From contig CAUWFY010000001.1 of the NCBI GenBank assembly GCA_963558115.1, positions 1 through 29,430 of the forward strand: DNA of 29,430 nucleotides. The letters run 5' to 3'. The notes below the pieces were generated by a model that worked only from the letters and a program-made list of their open reading frames with translations, ran no database searches and had not been told where the DNA came from. The position numbers and the translations under genes are program-made. Within the stretch, counting starts at the first letter, position 1. Every line of letters starts with the position of its first letter. Shown here piece by piece: positions 27,169-29,430 of this stretch. Source of the DNA: an uncultured Clostridia bacterium (GTDB lineage Bacteria; Bacillota; Clostridia; TANB77; CAG-508).

Positions 27169-27495
27169 TTATTCAGCTTCAGCAATTATTTTAGCAACTT
27201 TATAAATTAATCTTTGCTTATCAGCAGAACAACTTTTTATTAAATCATTAAATTCTTGTGTTAAATAATTTTTAGAGTCACTAGAAGCACCATTTAAAAT
27301 ATAACCTTCTGAAACATCTAACAAATTGCATATTTGATGTAATCTTTTTAAGTTTATATGTGAGCTACCTCTTTCAACTCTACTTAAAAAAGCTATAGAA
27401 ACATCTAATATTTCGGACAACTCATCTTGAGTATAATTTTTAGCAAGTCTTGCTTGTCTTATTCTTTGACCTATTATTGTATAATCAAGTCCCAT
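27169..27495 (-). CDS. XRE-family helix-turn-helix regulator (108 aa)
   Basis: IGQRIRQARLAKNYTQDELSEILDVSIAFLSRVERG...LDVSEGYIL; GGAAGGTG RBS. Confidence 0.9.
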   Translation of the reverse strand: MGLDYTIIGQRIRQARLAKNYTQDELSEILDVSIAFLSRVERGSSHINLKRLHQICNLLDVSEGYILNGASSDSKNYLTQEFNDLIKSCSADKQRLIYKVAKIIAEAE

Positions 27496-27538
27496 AATTA
27501 ATCACCTTCCAACTTTCTAGTTTATTTTTACTATCTAA

Positions 27539-27567
27539 GTTATATAACAATAAGCAAGAAAAGTCAA
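27539..27567 (-). promoter_or_regulatory. sigmaA-type promoter of the second XRE gene
   Basis: TTGACT-17 bp-TATAAC on the minus strand; a 10-bp palindrome GTTATATAAC overlaps the -10. Confidence 0.5.
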
Positions 27568-27999
27568 GGAAAATATTAAGACTGATAGCATAAACTTTTA
27601 GTAGGATTTCTTTTTTCATAAATATACATAAATTTTGTTTAACAATGTTAGAAGAAGTAAAAATCTACATAAAAGTAGTTTAAAGAGAATAAGAAAAAAG
27701 TATTCCAATAAATGCAGAAAAAGAGACAGTTGAAATTATCAAAATAATAAATAATTTTGATAATTCAACTATATAAAGACCAAATTGAGAATAATAATAA
27801 AAATAAAAGTATAGAAAATATATTATTCTATATATTAATTTATAAGCCTAATTAAATATATATTTATTTTACATGTATAAAATAAGGAGAAAAAATAAGA
27901 AAAAAAGAGATAAAAAGAGAAAAATAAAAATGAAATTGAAAATTTATAAATTAATAAAAAAAATAAATGGTAAATCAGCCAAAATAAAGTATACATAAT

Positions 28000-28028
28000 T
28001 TGATTTTGGAAAAGATATGTAGTATAAT
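28000..28028 (+). promoter_or_regulatory. sigmaA-type promoter of the M23 gene
   Basis: TTGATT-17 bp-TATAAT, followed by AAAAGGAG at 28045-28052. Confidence 0.65.
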
Positions 28029-28057
28029 ATAAAACAGTCGCGCTAAAAGGAGAGTGA

Positions 28058-29050
28058 ATATATATTTTAAAAAGAAAACTAAAAATCTATACAAAAGAGT
28101 TTTTGAAATATTTTAACATTACGATTATAGCTTTTGGTTTAGTAGTAGCGATTATATTAATAAAATATAAACCAATGTATAAAGTAAGTATATCAGGTGA
28201 AGAATTAGGATATGTAAATAGTAAACTAGCTTTAGAAGAAAGTGTTGAAGAAGACATAATAAATGATAGTAATAAAAATATAGAGGCAGTGGACTTAAAA
28301 GAACAACCTATATATGAGTTAAAACTAGTAAGTAGAACTGAAAATACAGAGGAAGATAAAATAATTGAAAAAGTAAAAGAAGATGCAATAATAACATATA
28401 AATATTATGAAGTAGCATTAAACAATAATGTAGTAGAAACTGTTGATACGAGCAAAGAAGCAGAAGAATTAGTAAGTGAAATAAAATCTAATGGAATTGC
28501 TGAAAATATCAATTTAAGTATACTTGAAAAATATACAAGTAATAGTGAGGAAGTAAAAACTAATGATTTAGAAGTTGCTAAATTAGACATAGAAAATAAA
28601 GTTTCTGAAACAATAAAAGAAATAGAAGAACAAGAAGCCGAAAAAAATGCAATAGCAGATATAAATGGAATAAAATTAGCAACAATACCAGTAACAGGTA
28701 CAATTTCTTCAAGATATGGAGTAAGTAGTAGAATAAGAAGGTCAAATCATACAGGATTAGATATTGCAGCAATAACAGGAACACCAATTAAAGTAATGGC
28801 AGATGGTGTAGTTACAAATGCAAGTTATAGTGGTTCATATGGAAAACTAATAAAAGTAGACCATGGAAATGGAGTTGAAACTTGGTATGCACACACTAGC
28901 AAGATGTATGTAAAAAAAGGACAAGAAGTAAAAGCAGGAGATATAATAGCAGAAGTTGGCTCAACAGGAAATTCAACAGGTCCACATTTGCATTTAGAAA
29001 TAAGATTAAATGGAGAACATATAAATCCACAAAAATATGTATATAAGTAA
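28058..29050 (+). CDS. Membrane-anchored M23-family (LytM/NlpD-like) metallopeptidase
   Basis: C-terminal HTGLDIA...YGKLIKVDHGNG.ETWYAH...GSTGNSTGPHLHLE; N-terminal TM segment. The frame is open back to ATA 28058 next to the RBS (track start is TTG 28103). Confidence 0.88.
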   Translation: MYILKRKLKIYTKEFLKYFNITIIAFGLVVAIILIKYKPMYKVSISGEELGYVNSKLALEESVEEDIINDSNKNIEAVDLKEQPIYELKLVSRTENTEEDKIIEKVKEDAIITYKYYEVALNNNVVETVDTSKEAEELVSEIKSNGIAENINLSILEKYTSNSEEVKTNDLEVAKLDIENKVSETIKEIEEQEAEKNAIADINGIKLATIPVTGTISSRYGVSSRIRRSNHTGLDIAAITGTPIKVMADGVVTNASYSGSYGKLIKVDHGNGVETWYAHTSKMYVKKGQEVKAGDIIAEVGSTGNSTGPHLHLEIRLNGEHINPQKYVYK

Positions 29051-29057
29051 AAAAGTA

Positions 29058-29100
29058 TTATAAATGAATAAATCACTTTAAAGTGAAAGTTCATTTATAA
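29058..29100 (+). terminator. Hairpin/terminator after the M23 gene
   Basis: TTATAAATGAA...TCACTT-TA-AAGTGA...TTCATTTATAA nested inverted repeat. Confidence 0.6.
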
Positions 29101-29208
29101 TACTTTTTAAATTTATCTATATTTGTAAGAAAATATATAAAAACAAAATTTTTATAAAAACTATGACGGATTTAAGAAAACAGTATATAAAATAAATTTT
29201 TAAAACCA

Positions 29209-29236
29209 TTGACAAAACTATTGATTACTATATAAT
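29209..29236 (+). promoter_or_regulatory. sigmaA promoter of adhE
   Basis: TTGACA-16 bp-TATAAT, then AAAGGAGG RBS and ATG 29267. Confidence 0.65.
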
Positions 29237-29266
29237 GTATCTAACAAAAGAAAAGGAGGAATTTTT

Positions 29267-29430
29267 ATGCCAAACGAAACTAATGTTGACGAGGAATTAA
29301 GAGTAAAGAAAATGATAGATGATTTAGTAGAAAAAGCAAAAATAGCGTCAAAACAATATTTAGAATTAAATCAAGAACAAGTAAATAATATTGTCAAAGC
29401 TATTTCAATGGCTGGATTAGAACATCATAT
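29267..29430 (+). CDS. adhE: Bifunctional aldehyde/alcohol dehydrogenase (or acylating aldehyde dehydrogenase), N-terminus only; truncated by the window edge
   Basis: Hand translation MPNETNVDEELRVKKMIDDLVEKAKIASKQYLELNQEQVNNIVKAISMAGLEHH resembles the AdhE N-terminus (QEQVDxIV.A). Not in the ORF track. Confidence 0.7.
   Translation, partial: MPNETNVDEELRVKKMIDDLVEKAKIASKQYLELNQEQVNNIVKAISMAGLEHH

Noticed and set aside
27645-27683. 12-codon ORF MLEEVKIYIKVV upstream of the orphan hairpin
   Set aside because: No Shine-Dalgarno and no recognisable features.
663-29094. Numerous short antisense or overlapping ORFs in the track (e.g. 663..863, 2758..3012, 8066..8566, 10676..11068, 21031..21369, 25558..26250, 28405..28590)
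   Set aside because: They are shadows of real genes on the A-rich opposite strand (Leu/Phe/Ile/Ser-rich), with no RBS or motifs.
29221-29247. Rex operator at the adhE promoter
   Set aside because: Only one half-site (CTAACAA) resembles TTGTTAA-N4-TTAACAA; the other half matches poorly.
1-29430. tRNA, rRNA, integrase, transposase, retron or DGR components
   Set aside because: No cloverleaf/T-loop motifs, rRNA-like GC-rich tracts, recombinase, transposase or reverse-transcriptase motifs, or template/variable repeat pairs were seen.

Overview
Very AT-rich (visibly ~25-28% GC) chromosomal segment of a low-GC Clostridia-type Firmicute, inferred from pfl/adhE fermentation genes, sigmaA-consensus promoters, AGGAGG RBSs and a pilin-like gene. 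Housekeeping genes (GltD-like oxidoreductase cut by the left edge, leuS, topB, mfd, DUF362 Fe-S protein, TrmH-family methyltransferase, trmL, S1 protein, pflA, pflB, M23 peptidase, start of adhE) are interleaved with stand-alone accessory units, most with their own promoter and terminator. No integrase, transposase, tRNA, rRNA or CRISPR array was seen. Highlights: (1) a complete type III toxin-antitoxin locus (ToxN/AbiQ family) whose antitoxin repeats are non-identical pseudoknots with three compensatory base-pair swaps; (2) an orphan 629-aa protein of eight tandem HTH-like modules that vary most at the putative recognition helix; (3) an XRE regulator divergent from a pilin-LRR gene, with two 17-bp operators bracketing the -35; (4) an unexplained structured element between an orphan Shine-Dalgarno and pflA; (5) a probable ATA start for the M23 gene; (6) two small higher-GC orphan genes with near-identical promoters. 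Note: the ORF track lists 9414..9791 as +, but it is on the - strand. Several track starts were refined using RBS position. All calls are by eye, with no database searches.
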